DNA of 62,679 bases, filler included, from Globobulimina sp. (taxonomy: Eukaryota), in the NCBI GenBank assembly GCA_003354225.1. It is 45 parts of 45 records of this genome, joined end to end, with 100 filler letters (N's around TTAATTAATTAA, not from the genome) between each part and the next. Parts side by side here need not be neighbours in the genome. Positions count along the whole stretch, not along the records: positions 1 to 1,296 come from PIVH01019200.1; positions 1,397 to 2,692 come from PIVH01019201.1; positions 2,793 to 4,088 come from PIVH01019202.1; positions 4,189 to 5,484 come from PIVH01019203.1; positions 5,585 to 6,880 come from PIVH01019204.1; positions 6,981 to 8,276 come from PIVH01019205.1; positions 8,377 to 9,672 come from PIVH01019206.1; positions 9,773 to 11,068 come from PIVH01019207.1; 37 more parts are not named here. One strand, given 5' to 3'. Positions within the stretch are counted from its first letter, which is position 1. Each line of letters opens with the position of its first letter. A program made the translations under genes and the position numbers. Of this stretch, positions 1-10,914 are shown in pieces. The notes below the pieces were generated by a model, which saw only the letters and a program-made list of their open reading frames with translations, was not told the origin of the DNA and ran no database searches.

Positions 1-565
1 AAGCACTGTTTCACTGCCAATCTGCAAGAAAGTGTACGTATTATCCCTCAGAAACTGCGGGAATATTCTCGCAATATTTCAATTTGCTCCTAGCGCGGAT
101 AAAGTGCAACGAACGTATGGCATCCAGCCATTTAGTCACATGCTGCGGCGATGGACACTTAAAATGCCACGAATTCAACTTATTATTCTCTTTTTTCACA
201 GTGATCATTAAATGGCTCATGATATTATAAAATCAATTACTTTTTGTAGCATCATTTGTATTTAAGTTTCTGTTTTGGATAATTCTGTATCTATCACAGA
301 TCGAAACTTAATATCATTTGCTGAAACTTATGATTATGGTCTTTTCATGACCTAATAAATCCACCAGGAAATCAAGGAGATAGACTTATGGTTGGTCGCC
401 ATGCTCGACAAATATTAATTTACAAATAAATTACAAAAGTTTTTTTTCTTTATTTATCAAATCGTTCATTGATGAAATGAACTAAAAGCAAAAACTCTAT
501 TGTACATCTTATCCGGAACAGAAGCATATAAATGATTAAATAAATAAATTTGATAAAAAAAAAAT

Positions 566-1296
566 CTATTTTGATTTGTTATATTGCTTGAACTGATGAA
601 TGTTTTTTATATATTGATCACAAATCTTATGTGAATATGTTGGCTCAGAAAAATAATAACCACCCAATGTATTACATTCAATAATAATCCAATCACCATT
701 TGATATTTTTGTTACATCCCATCCAATTCCAATCATACCATTTAAATATTTATGATGAATATCATTGGTTATAATGAATGAATTCATCCAATCCTTCAAT
801 TCCAATCGGGAATGTATCCAAATCTTTATGTGATAATTCCATTAATGTTGAATCATACTCATCTTTCATTTTTGTAAATAATTTAGTTTTCATATTATAA
901 TAATACTCGCTGTAATTACTTTCAATATCTTTATTTGCTGAATAATTATCAACCAAACAATTTTCATTTGTAACACATTTCAGCCAAACAAAATGTTTTA
1001 AATTGGAATCTTTTGTAAATGTACAAACTCTGAATGTATTCAATGTTTTTGTATTCTTTGTAAAATTTATAATTGATTCATGATTTTTCAATCTTGGTTG
1101 AATTACAACATTTGGTATTTGTGATAAATATTTTTGTGGCCTCTTTGTCAAAAATATACCTTTGCCTTCTCCGAGAAAAACGGGTTTAATTATAAACTCT
1201 GATTCTTTTGCATTTGTTTGCTGCTTCAACTCATTCAATGTTTTGAAACATTTTACTGTCGGAATAGAATATTTTATGCAAAATTCATTGAATAAA
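566..1296 (-). pseudogene. ATP-grasp protein (sugar-transfer-associated, ATPgrasp_ST-like), 5'-truncated and frameshifted
   Basis: FIIKPVFLGEGKGIF and NTFRVCT in ORF 762..1238; IGWDV...IIECN in ORF 566..805. Removing a 4-nt TTCA duplication at ~773-784 joins the frames (..DEFIITNDIHHK..). Confidence 0.65.
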
Positions 1297-1396
1297 NNNN
1301 NNNNNNNNNNNNNNNNNNNNNNNNNNNNNNNNNNNNNNNNTTAATTAATTAANNNNNNNNNNNNNNNNNNNNNNNNNNNNNNNNNNNNNNNNNNNN
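1297..1396. other. Artificial contig linker N44-TTAATTAATTAA-N44 (first of 44 copies, about every 1395 bp)
   Basis: The identical 100-bp spacer recurs throughout; the contigs between linkers are 1296-1294 bp in decreasing order. Confidence 0.99.
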
Positions 1397-1586
1397 TCAT
1401 GATCAACTTTTTTAAATCATTTGTGAATTGTTAGAGAAAAAGCTTAAGTAAATGTTCGTCTCATGTTATCGTATCGATTAGAACTGTAAATAAAGATCGT
1501 ACTGTATTATAAATAAGGATTAGACGAACATTTACTTAAGCTTTTTCTCTAACAATTCACAAATGATTTAAAAAAGTTGATCATGA
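1397..1586. repeat. Perfect 65-bp inverted repeat with 60-bp loop at a contig end
   Basis: 1397-1461 is the reverse complement of 1522-1586. Confidence 0.95.
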
Positions 1587-1609
1587 GCAAAATCAAGGTC
1601 AAATAGGAA

Positions 1610-1790
1610 AACTCTATTTAGTGAAAATGCAACTAATTAGTTACTATTTAGAAACTATTTAGTAATTATTTCAAAACAAAAACGATAATGAGTAACTATT
1701 TAGTAACTATTTAGAAACCTAGGCTATTCAGAAACGATTTAGCAACTATTTAGTTACTATTTTAGAAACTATTTTAGAAACTATTTAGAT
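1610..1790. repeat. Degenerate 11-12-bp tandem repeat (AACTATTTAG[AT])
   Basis: About ten copies of AACTATTT(T)AG are visible. Confidence 0.85.
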
Positions 1791-1813
1791 TGCCCAGCCT
1801 CAATTAACAAGGG

Positions 1814-2692
1814 TCAGAATTCTATCTTTGTATCATGGGTAATCCCGGCAGAGTTTTTTGTGAGTTTAAATTTGTTCAAAGAATATCCTTTCTTCTTCAT
1901 CTTCCTTGCATATAACTTATAGGTTCTATTTAACTTTGCAATATCAAAATATTCCGATTTTGAATTAATTAATTTATAATACGTTGCAGCATATACGCAA
2001 TGTGTTACCAACATACACCAATTTCCACGGTATTTTGATAAATCTAAACTACCTCCAACTAAAATGCAATGAAATGTATTGCTCATTATATTTCTTTCAA
2101 TAATATTTGCATTATCCCCAGCAACACCAACTGTTCCTGACCAACCTTGAATTGCTCCAAATTTGCCTATAAAATAATGATTGGAATGCACAAATGTAAC
2201 TTTTCCGATGGAAGTGTATTGTTTAGATTTATAATCTATACTTTCTTCGTTTTCATATTGTTTTATCCGGATCCATTCTGTCAAATCTTTCAACACTTTC
2301 TCATTTTTATTACATTGTTCGATATATTGTTTGCAAATTTGTTTCCGATGCAATTCAACAAAAGTATTTGCTGCAGCTGCATCAAACACAAATATTTGAA
2401 ATGTTCCAGATAGCATCACATATTTATTCAGATTATCAAAGTTTAAAATTCCATTTTTCTTTATATTGGTTAACGTTTTCGTTAACTCACCATCAACCAT
2501 ACTCGGGTATGATGCTCTGAATATATTGCATTATATCAATTATTAAAGGTCACATAACGATGTTTAATAATGTATGTAATGCATATAAATCCAGCGATAC
2601 CTTAAATATTTGGAGAGAATTGTATATATTCTTGGTTCATATTGACATTGCAAAAAAGCAAAATCGCCTCGTTCAAACACTATTTTCCTCCA
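1814..2692 (-). CDS. Hypothetical protein, 5'-truncated, one intron (~2518..2600)
   Basis: 228-aa ORF; an upstream exon joins in frame through GTATCG...TTCAG (..KYLR-ASYPSMVDG..). Confidence 0.55.
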
Positions 2693-3197
2693 NNNNNNNN
2701 NNNNNNNNNNNNNNNNNNNNNNNNNNNNNNNNNNNNTTAATTAATTAANNNNNNNNNNNNNNNNNNNNNNNNNNNNNNNNNNNNNNNNNNNNCTTTGTTT
2801 CAGTTCAGACTCTGCCACTTTCCTAAAACGAATGTTTTCAGGATTTAAATATGTGTCTACTAATTCCGTGGATGTTAGCCATTGATAGATGTGACTTAAT
2901 AAATCGTCTGAACCTATTAATCGGCTCTTGTTACTGCAGGAACTCATTGATAGAATGTTCAAAATCATAATAATAATAATACATTTGGTTGACATTGAAT
3001 TGAATGATTAATTGTGGGTAAATAAAATGCGGCGAATGATAGTGCGAATTTGCATTGTAAATAATTTAATGTGTGGCAGCTGCACATTCAAGAATACTAA
3101 AATAACGAAGATAACAAGAATATGTAACCAAGCTGAAAACCTGGTTCATGGCAATAAATAGCTCATCGTCATATTCATCATATTTTTTTATATTCAG

Positions 3198-3590
3198 TTA
3201 TTGGTGGTAATCACCACCTAAATCATTTCTTCTTTTTCCAATTTTTTCACTTTTTCTATGGTATAAATTAGTCAATGGTATAAATCCAACCTTTTCAATT
3301 GTAGTCAATGGTAATTGTTTTTCGCCATCACTCAATTCTGGATATCGTGCATAGAATATATAATATAAAACACTATGAATGCCGATACCAATGAGATAAA
3401 AATCAGCTTTACCACCTGCATTGTCCATAAATGTATCCTCATCACTTGTTTTATCATTCTTTGCTGGTGCTTTGAATGATAATACTTCGTATAATATGCA
3501 ACCAAAACAAATGCCAGATAATTTCAGTCGTAAAGACCAATTTATATTACTATTCTGCACATGGTTTGTTAGTCTCTGAACAACCTCCAT
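3198..3590 (-). CDS. Small membrane protein, hypothetical
   Basis: 130-aa ORF with two hydrophobic segments. Confidence 0.35.
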   Translation of the reverse strand: MEVVQRLTNHVQNSNINWSLRLKLSGICFGCILYEVLSFKAPAKNDKTSDEDTFMDNAGGKADFYLIGIGIHSVLYYIFYARYPELSDGEKQLPLTTIEKVGFIPLTNLYHRKSEKIGKRRNDLGGDYHQ

Positions 3591-3631
3591 TGTTAGTCTC
3601 TGAAAATTAAAAGAATAACTAGCTACTCAAA

Positions 3632-4088
3632 ATGGCAGTTGCTGTTTTCTTTTATATTTCGATCCCTGTTATATTTGCTGAGTCGATCATTGCTACGTAT
3701 TTTACTGCAATATTATGTTATAGATTATCAAATTACGATGCAAACAACATGAAAATGAGCAAAGTATTTCGAATTAGTCAGATTATTTGTTCAATCGGAT
3801 GCACACTCAATATTTATTCGGATTTATCCCGATTCGTTGCCGCAATTGCAATTAATACAAATGATTTGTGGCATGACCCACTGACACCGGTGTATTCTCA
3901 CGCCGACGCATTGTATTATTTGGGTGCTATTTCTTTTTATATCATAGCAGTTTTGCGTTTACATAAAGTGTTTGTGAGCACAGCCTATGAAATTAATAAA
4001 TATTACTTATCATTTATTTGTATATTAATATTTATCTCGATTGGCACTGCGATATATTATTGTTTAATTGTCGCAATATTATTAAACG
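3632..4088 (+). CDS. Multi-pass membrane protein (GPCR-like 7TM family), 3'-truncated
   Basis: ATG followed by four TM helices, with an RL..VF motif after TM3. Confidence 0.55.
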
Positions 4089-4705
4089 NNNNNNNNNNNN
4101 NNNNNNNNNNNNNNNNNNNNNNNNNNNNNNNNTTAATTAATTAANNNNNNNNNNNNNNNNNNNNNNNNNNNNNNNNNNNNNNNNNNNNAAAGTATTACTA
4201 AATTTTGTAGTTTCATCATTCTAACAGTGAATGCTCTGTTTTGTAGGTCATCATTAAATTTTCCCGTGATGTCACAGATGTATACATTTATGATCTAAGT
4301 CTCAAGAACAAAAGAATGGATATCATTGGGAAAAGATGTATACGAGAAGGACAAGTATCCACTGACCAAGAAGTGGTTATCGATTCCATACAAATTGAAA
4401 TGAAAAGTTTGACATCAGCACAAAGATGCATGTCCCATCGACTGAACAATCCAGCTGATTCTGACTAATCAATTTGAATTGATGCTTACCTATGTAGTAT
4501 ATGTTGAAATCGATTGGCAGAGCATTGATCTGTATACCTGTCAATTGCCATTGTAAATTACATTTATCAGTTCATATGTATCGATTTTTTGATTGTATGA
4601 ATGTAGTAAAGTCTAATATAAAGTTATCGTTGCAAAAAGCGCAGCTTCGATAGATAACAAATATTCATTTAGTGTAATCAAACATTAGTTAGCTAAGGCT
4701 GCATT

Positions 4706-5484
4706 ATGGCAGTGTTCCTGATTCGTTATATTCTATGTGACTTGGCGTTTATCATTATCGTTTGTTCTGGATGTCCACATATCATTGGACAATATTGTTG
4801 TCTTCAAAAAGAAATAAACCAACTAAACTGCTTGCGTAAGTATATTTTTAGTCCAAGATATATACTTTATAGAATGGAATGAATTGTTTTCAGCCCCTCC
4901 ACCTATTGTTGTGTGGCCTAACAACAAGACATTCGAGAAAGAATTTGATACCAATTCAGTTCGGAGTATAAACTTTGGCACGAATTGCAAAACTCAAATC
5001 GATTGGCCCCTTTTTTCGAAGTTTACGAAAGTGAAATACATAATATTTTCATATGAATGTAAAGCAGTGACAACTTGTCTTTTCGTGATGTCAGGTGAAG
5101 ATGAGGTTTCTGTTCCAATAATACAAAACCGTTGCATATATTACAGGTAAAAATAGGATGTTCATGTTAGTTTTATGGCCATTTCAACTGAACATTTTAG
5201 CACTCCAACAGCTGTCATTAAAGAAGGTGATACTGTGACAGAACAATGTGAATGTCCACCGGCCGTGGCTTGTAATCCTTGTGACAGTCCAAACCCTAAA
5301 GAGTTCTGTAGTGGTCATATAAAAGAACTATGTCCTGAGCCTGTCATTTGTCCCCCTGTCAAACAACACAGACCTTCCTCCTGTAATGTAACAGTTGGGG
5401 CTTGCAGAAAACACAAGTATCAAATATGTACAGTTTGGGCTTGCAGAAAACACAAGAAACAAATATGTAAATCATGCGACCCTT
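4706..5484 (+). CDS. Multi-exon secreted Cys/Pro-rich protein, 3'-truncated
   Basis: Signal-peptide-like start MAVFLIRY..; exons in ORFs 4884 and 5175; internal near-duplication encoding (C)xVxACRKHKxQI. Confidence 0.4.
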
Positions 5485-6517
5485 NNNNNNNNNNNNNNNN
5501 NNNNNNNNNNNNNNNNNNNNNNNNNNNNTTAATTAATTAANNNNNNNNNNNNNNNNNNNNNNNNNNNNNNNNNNNNNNNNNNNNAAAGGAGTGAGTGCAG
5601 AGGGTCTAAGATTTGTTGTCTCGATATGTTGCGACCCATTTCTTTAATATTCGAGTTCACAAAATATAATTTGTTCCGTTCATGTTAATAATAATATCGT
5701 GTTAATAATATCGTACATGTTTAATGCGGCGGTGCCAGCTCCATTTATCCATTCCACATAACATTGGCAAATATATTGGATTCGTTGCAGTCGGTCAAGT
5801 GGCTTATTATTATTATCCTTGCTTTCAACTTCAAATAACTCCCTGCAATTCGTGTCCATTAATATTGACGGTTGGCTTTCTTCCACAGACATGGTCTCAC
5901 TTTGAGAAAGATAAAACATGGCAAAGAGTTTTTTAATGTTAATCAAATATTCACAAAAAAAGAACGTGTCTTTTCCCGATAATGTTTCTTCCGCGGTAAC
6001 ACCGATTAATATTAAAAGAAACTAAACGATGCCATATTTGAATCAAAAGAATTGTTTATTTATTTATGATTTGTTTCTATTTCCTTACTTATTATTAAAG
6101 AAAACAAATTGCCAACAAATCATAAACCTAAATTGGTTGCGTAAACTTCTTTTAATAACAATAAACTAAACGCAATCAATAAAAAAGCAATTCACTTCAA
6201 TTTGTATGCCATTCCAATTCAATACAAAAAAATGCCATAAATTAAAACACAACAGAAAATACTAAAAAATGTTCATGCAAAAAACAAACAAACGAATATG
6301 AATTATTTTTGTCACAATGCGCCAGAAAAAAAATTCAAAATAATAGAAAAGTTTATAATGAACAAAATTAATACTTAAACAACAGAAAAATAATAAAAAA
6401 ATGCACATGAAAAATAACAAAAAAATTGCAAACTAAAAAAGACAGAAACAAACCAAAAAACGAGAAGAAAACACAACAAACAAATATACATAATATTAAT
6501 TATAATTTGCATAATAA

Positions 6518-6880
6518 CTATTTAGTTTTACAAATTATTAATTCATTTTTTCTTAACTGAACAGAAAAATTACTCTCAACAAATTTACAACGCATTTCAT
6601 CTGAAAATACATCAAATAACCATTTATTATACCGACTATCTTTAATTATTATTCGATTAAATGTTTTTGGTAATATTGCTGAATCAATAATTGATAATAA
6701 ATTATAAATATTAAATGTATGTAACTCACCATATATTCCACTTGTAATAATTATTATTTCATTCATATTTGGAAATAATTCAAATAATAATGGTTTAAAT
6801 AAATTAATATTTTTATCAGCAATATCTGAACCATATTGTTCTTTCACTGAATGCATTACCAATGATTTAAATTTATTATT
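6518..6880 (-). CDS. C-terminal fragment of a hypothetical protein
   Basis: Frame is open to the contig end; NLFK..LF.LFPN...III motif. Confidence 0.45.
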   Translation of the reverse strand, partial: NNKFKSLVMHSVKEQYGSDIADKNINLFKPLLFELFPNMNEIIIITSGIYGELHTFNIYNLLSIIDSAILPKTFNRIIIKDSRYNKWLFDVFSDEMRCKFVESNFSVQLRKNELIICKTK

Positions 6881-6980
6881 NNNNNNNNNNNNNNNNNNNN
6901 NNNNNNNNNNNNNNNNNNNNNNNNTTAATTAATTAANNNNNNNNNNNNNNNNNNNNNNNNNNNNNNNNNNNNNNNNNNNN

Positions 6981-7952
6981 TCTTTATTTCTCTCATTTAT
7001 TTTATATTTATATCCATCCTCAATCAAACACGGTTTGGTTGGCACCAGCCATAAAACCCAATCTTTTCCCAACATTGCTTTCCAATTATTATATATTCCA
7101 TAATCATATTCATGAACACCATGCCACGCTAAATTAAAACGTCTGGCCATTTTTCGTTGCGATTTCCATTTTCGATATTCAATCGATGTCAAGTTTTTTG
7201 ATATTTGACCAATATGTGATTTACCTAAACATGCGGACCAAATACTGAATATAAGCGACATTAAAATGATATAAAACAAACAAAATATATCCTTCCAAAA
7301 GGAGGTGAATAAAATTGAATACTGCAAAGGAACAAAATATCGAAATATTAAGACCAAAATAGTGTAATTTGATAATGTGAACACATAAAACAATGTCAAT
7401 ACAAAAAATTTATAATTTTTTAATCCGACCACATTATTAAACCATATACAAAAATGATCCATTCTCAATATATCAGATTTTAGCTCCACAGAATAATGGC
7501 TCTTTGGAGGCCGATTCCTATTCTTTTGAGGCAATAAAGTTTGTGTTTCAATGTCATTCATGTTGCTTTCATGCCAATTCTTATCGACCAAACCTGGGGA
7601 GGAACATGCACCTCTTTGTGTGGTATATATTTTATGCTAACATGCATTTTTGAAGGAATTTGTGATGTAAATTATACCTAAATGATGATATGAGATAAAG
7701 CATTAAAAGTATCATCCATAATATGGCATCATATGGCAATAATAATATCGTGTCCAATGATAATGAATATATGTAAGTCATGACAGCATAGGTATAAAGA
7801 CCAAGGAACATCAATGAGACAGGCAAAAAGTATGGAGATAACTGAGCTCTGTTTGTCCTGCAGTTTAGCCGAGGAATGCAGATATATCTGGAGTTAACGT
7901 TAGGAGGATGTTTGCATTTTGCATTTTTATTGGCAGAATCAGACATTATCAT
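6981..7952 (-). CDS. DHHC-family palmitoyltransferase (DHFC variant), intron 7614..7677, 3'-truncated
   Basis: Two TMs, SSPG, RPPKSH..ILRMDHFCIWFNNVVGLKNYKFF, two more TMs, NLTSIE, YDYG..NW..MLG..WLVP. Confidence 0.85.
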
Positions 7953-9109
7953 GTATATGAACTTAAAAACTTTTATATCACTGTCATCAACAAAACTGTA
8001 ACAAAAAACTCAGTTCAAAGTAGCTTTACAGCTACAATGATGTGCTGATTACGTGTCACTTTAATTAATCCATATTACGTGATATAAAATGGTGTATTTT
8101 GAGCGATCGACATTGTCAAATGAATGGATATGAAAATAATAATAATAATGATGCATTTTTTAGGTTTTATGCAGATATTTTAAATGCGACCCAATTCATT
8201 ATTATTTATTTCATTTATTTGATTTGGGTCTTCGTAGTCTGAAATTTAAAAATGAGGATATCGATGAGGATATCGANNNNNNNNNNNNNNNNNNNNNNNN
8301 NNNNNNNNNNNNNNNNNNNNTTAATTAATTAANNNNNNNNNNNNNNNNNNNNNNNNNNNNNNNNNNNNNNNNNNNNACATGACACATAGATACAAATGAT
8401 GATAGGTGCCACATACAATTCAAAAGAATTTTCAGCTTGCATTTTTTCTAGTCTTCAAAATAATAGATAACACTCCCACCCCTTGGATTTACAATTGCAA
8501 AGTCATATTCAAAATAATAGATAATTTAAACAATTTATTGCCCAAAAAGTTGTGTTTATATACAAATCCATTGTTATACTTTGTTCTATAAATAATACGT
8601 AGTAAATAATTACAAGCATATTGTTCTGTGAAGGGAATAGCGAGCCCTGTTTTGCAAACACATTTTTAAATTTCCCAACATATATTCCTTCACAGTATAC
8701 AATAAAAAGTCAGGCTTAGTCGCTTGGCATGGATATTATTATCAGTCTGTTTTAATGCTCACCAATTTTTTCAACAATCATTGTCATGGAATTAAACTTT
8801 AATGATTTGAAGGTATTACGTATGTTTGCAGAGTATCAAATCGCAACGTCCATAAACCCAATGTACGACTATTTGTTTCAATGGAAATGTATTGACCAAC
8901 TCGTAATTGTACGTTTGTTCTGCTGCTTTGTGTTCAATGTATACAAAAATAGTAAAATACAAGAATTTAAAGAGGATGTACTTGAAGTTATATATCTTCT
9001 GTTGATGCAAGTAAACATTCAATACTGTATGTCTAAAATGTAGATTGTACAACGACTAATTATATTAAAATTTATGACAACTAATTCACACAATAAATTA
9101 ATATTAAAT

Positions 9110-9672
9110 TTAAGCGACAAGATTTTCTTGCGAATCATCCTCATAATGCACAAACCGCGCTTTACGATCTCTACGTCGACTACGTTTTGACATCGATACA
9201 CCATAAACATAACACATAGAGATTAAATTGATCACCAACAAGAAAACAACGATAATATCTTTATACGATAGCCACACGCGAGAAAATACACCATCATTAT
9301 TATTCATATCATTATTATTCATAACATTCCACCCAACATCAGCATACGCAGAGGAACCTCCTCTACGGCTCGCCAACACATCATAAATATCATCAATCAC
9401 TGCTTGTAAGTCAGCATCGCCACTTATTCGGGCACTCACTTCAGCCGCCAAGTCAATGGCTGTAGCACAGGCCACTATTTATAGATAGATGTATATATAT
9501 ATTATATTTAAATAAATTATTATATTTAATTAAATTCATACCATCGTCATATTCAAAATCAACCTCTCGAACACATCCTTGATATTGAGAATAGCGAGTA
9601 ACAAGATTCAATCTCACAAACCCAAATCCACTCAGTGGGTGCGCATTAATATCAATACTAAACTGTTGTGCA
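9110..9672 (-). CDS. Single-pass membrane protein, C-terminal part, intron ~9476..9541
   Basis: Upstream exon (AQQFSIDIN..EYDD) joins ORF 9110; TM followed by a basic stop-transfer segment. Confidence 0.55.
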
Positions 9673-9861
9673 NNNNNNNNNNNNNNNNNNNNNNNNNNNN
9701 NNNNNNNNNNNNNNNNTTAATTAATTAANNNNNNNNNNNNNNNNNNNNNNNNNNNNNNNNNNNNNNNNNNNNTAAAGTTTTGTTCTTTGATATGTGACGC
9801 AACAATTTTAATTTCATAAATAATGGCATTAATTTATATGTGCGATAACATCTTTTTTTTC

Positions 9862-10914
9862 CTAGGAAAATAAGCCTTTTTTCTGCAAAGGATTATAATC
9901 AAACGCCATATTGCTAAGAAGTTTTTCAATATCAACAGAATCATTAGCATCCAATGCTATGTTTAACACTTTCTTTGAGTGATTATTATTTAAATCCAAA
10001 AATTTATTGGCAATAAAATTAATTGCATCATCATCATACGAATTGCTATTTTTGCTGCCATTGTAATTATAATCTTTAAAACAAGAACAGATATTAATTG
10101 GCATTGTTTTTAATTTCTCTTTAAACAAATTCTTATCTGTAAATAATAAAATTATTTCAACGTCCATAAAAAATGTAAAATTTACTATTTCAGCAAACAA
10201 TTTCATTTGTTCATCCATTTGATTTCTTACTATTTCCATCGGACAATACGCTAAAATGATATCAACGATATCATCTGACATAGAATCAGCTGAATCAATG
10301 CAAATAGTATTAATATACCACATTACTAACAATTCCAAACTATCTGTTATTGAGATATCATAGCATGACAATGACACTGTAAACAAAATAACCGTCGAAT
10401 AATCAAAACAATGCAACCATTTACTATTTTCAGCATATGATGGTCCATTGACATTTGTTACATTAAATGTTCTTTTCCCCACTTTGAAACAAATTGATTC
10501 CACTTTATCTTTTTTTGAGATATATATAAATAATAAATCGTATATATTTAATTTGCACACTTAACTGTTTTCGTAATTGTTCCTATCTGAGAACAACAAA
10601 TATGTTTCATCCATAGCCATTGTTGGTTCGTCTTGCTTCGCTTCTTCAGCAATATCTAGTTTCTTTATTTGTCGGAATAGTGTGGATTTGCCTGAGCCTT
10701 TACATCCCATCAATGATATTTTTATTTGGGCCTTCAATAAACCTCTATCGTTATGCAACTGTTTATCAATTCTTTCATGATTATTCTTTTGATCATCATA
10801 GCATGGACAAGCACAAACTACAACGCAAACCACACATGGACAGCACAATATGGCGGCTATTCCATAAATGAGATAACAGCAGCATGTATTTATTGTTCTT
10901 GCGACTTTCCCCAT
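9862..10914 (-). CDS. Divergent heterotrimeric G-protein alpha-like protein, intron 10509..10565
   Basis: MG start with Cys-rich N-terminus, IKISLMGCKGSGKSTLFRQIK P-loop, KWLHCFD, VILFTVSLSCYD, IILLF, LFKEKL. Confidence 0.85.

Noticed and set aside
40-175. Minus-strand WHFKCPSPQHVTKWLDAIR resembling a PH-domain C-terminal helix
   Set aside because: Too short and no upstream exon found; cannot be supported
1162-1344. ORFs ending in X-runs or LIN, and the TTAATTAATTAA palindrome
   Set aside because: These are artefacts of translating through the artificial linker
10501-10570. Stop-codon readthrough or an alternative genetic code between abutting ORFs (also at 30094, 36054 and 45190)
   Set aside because: Each case is resolved by a short GT-AG intron that restores the frame under the standard code
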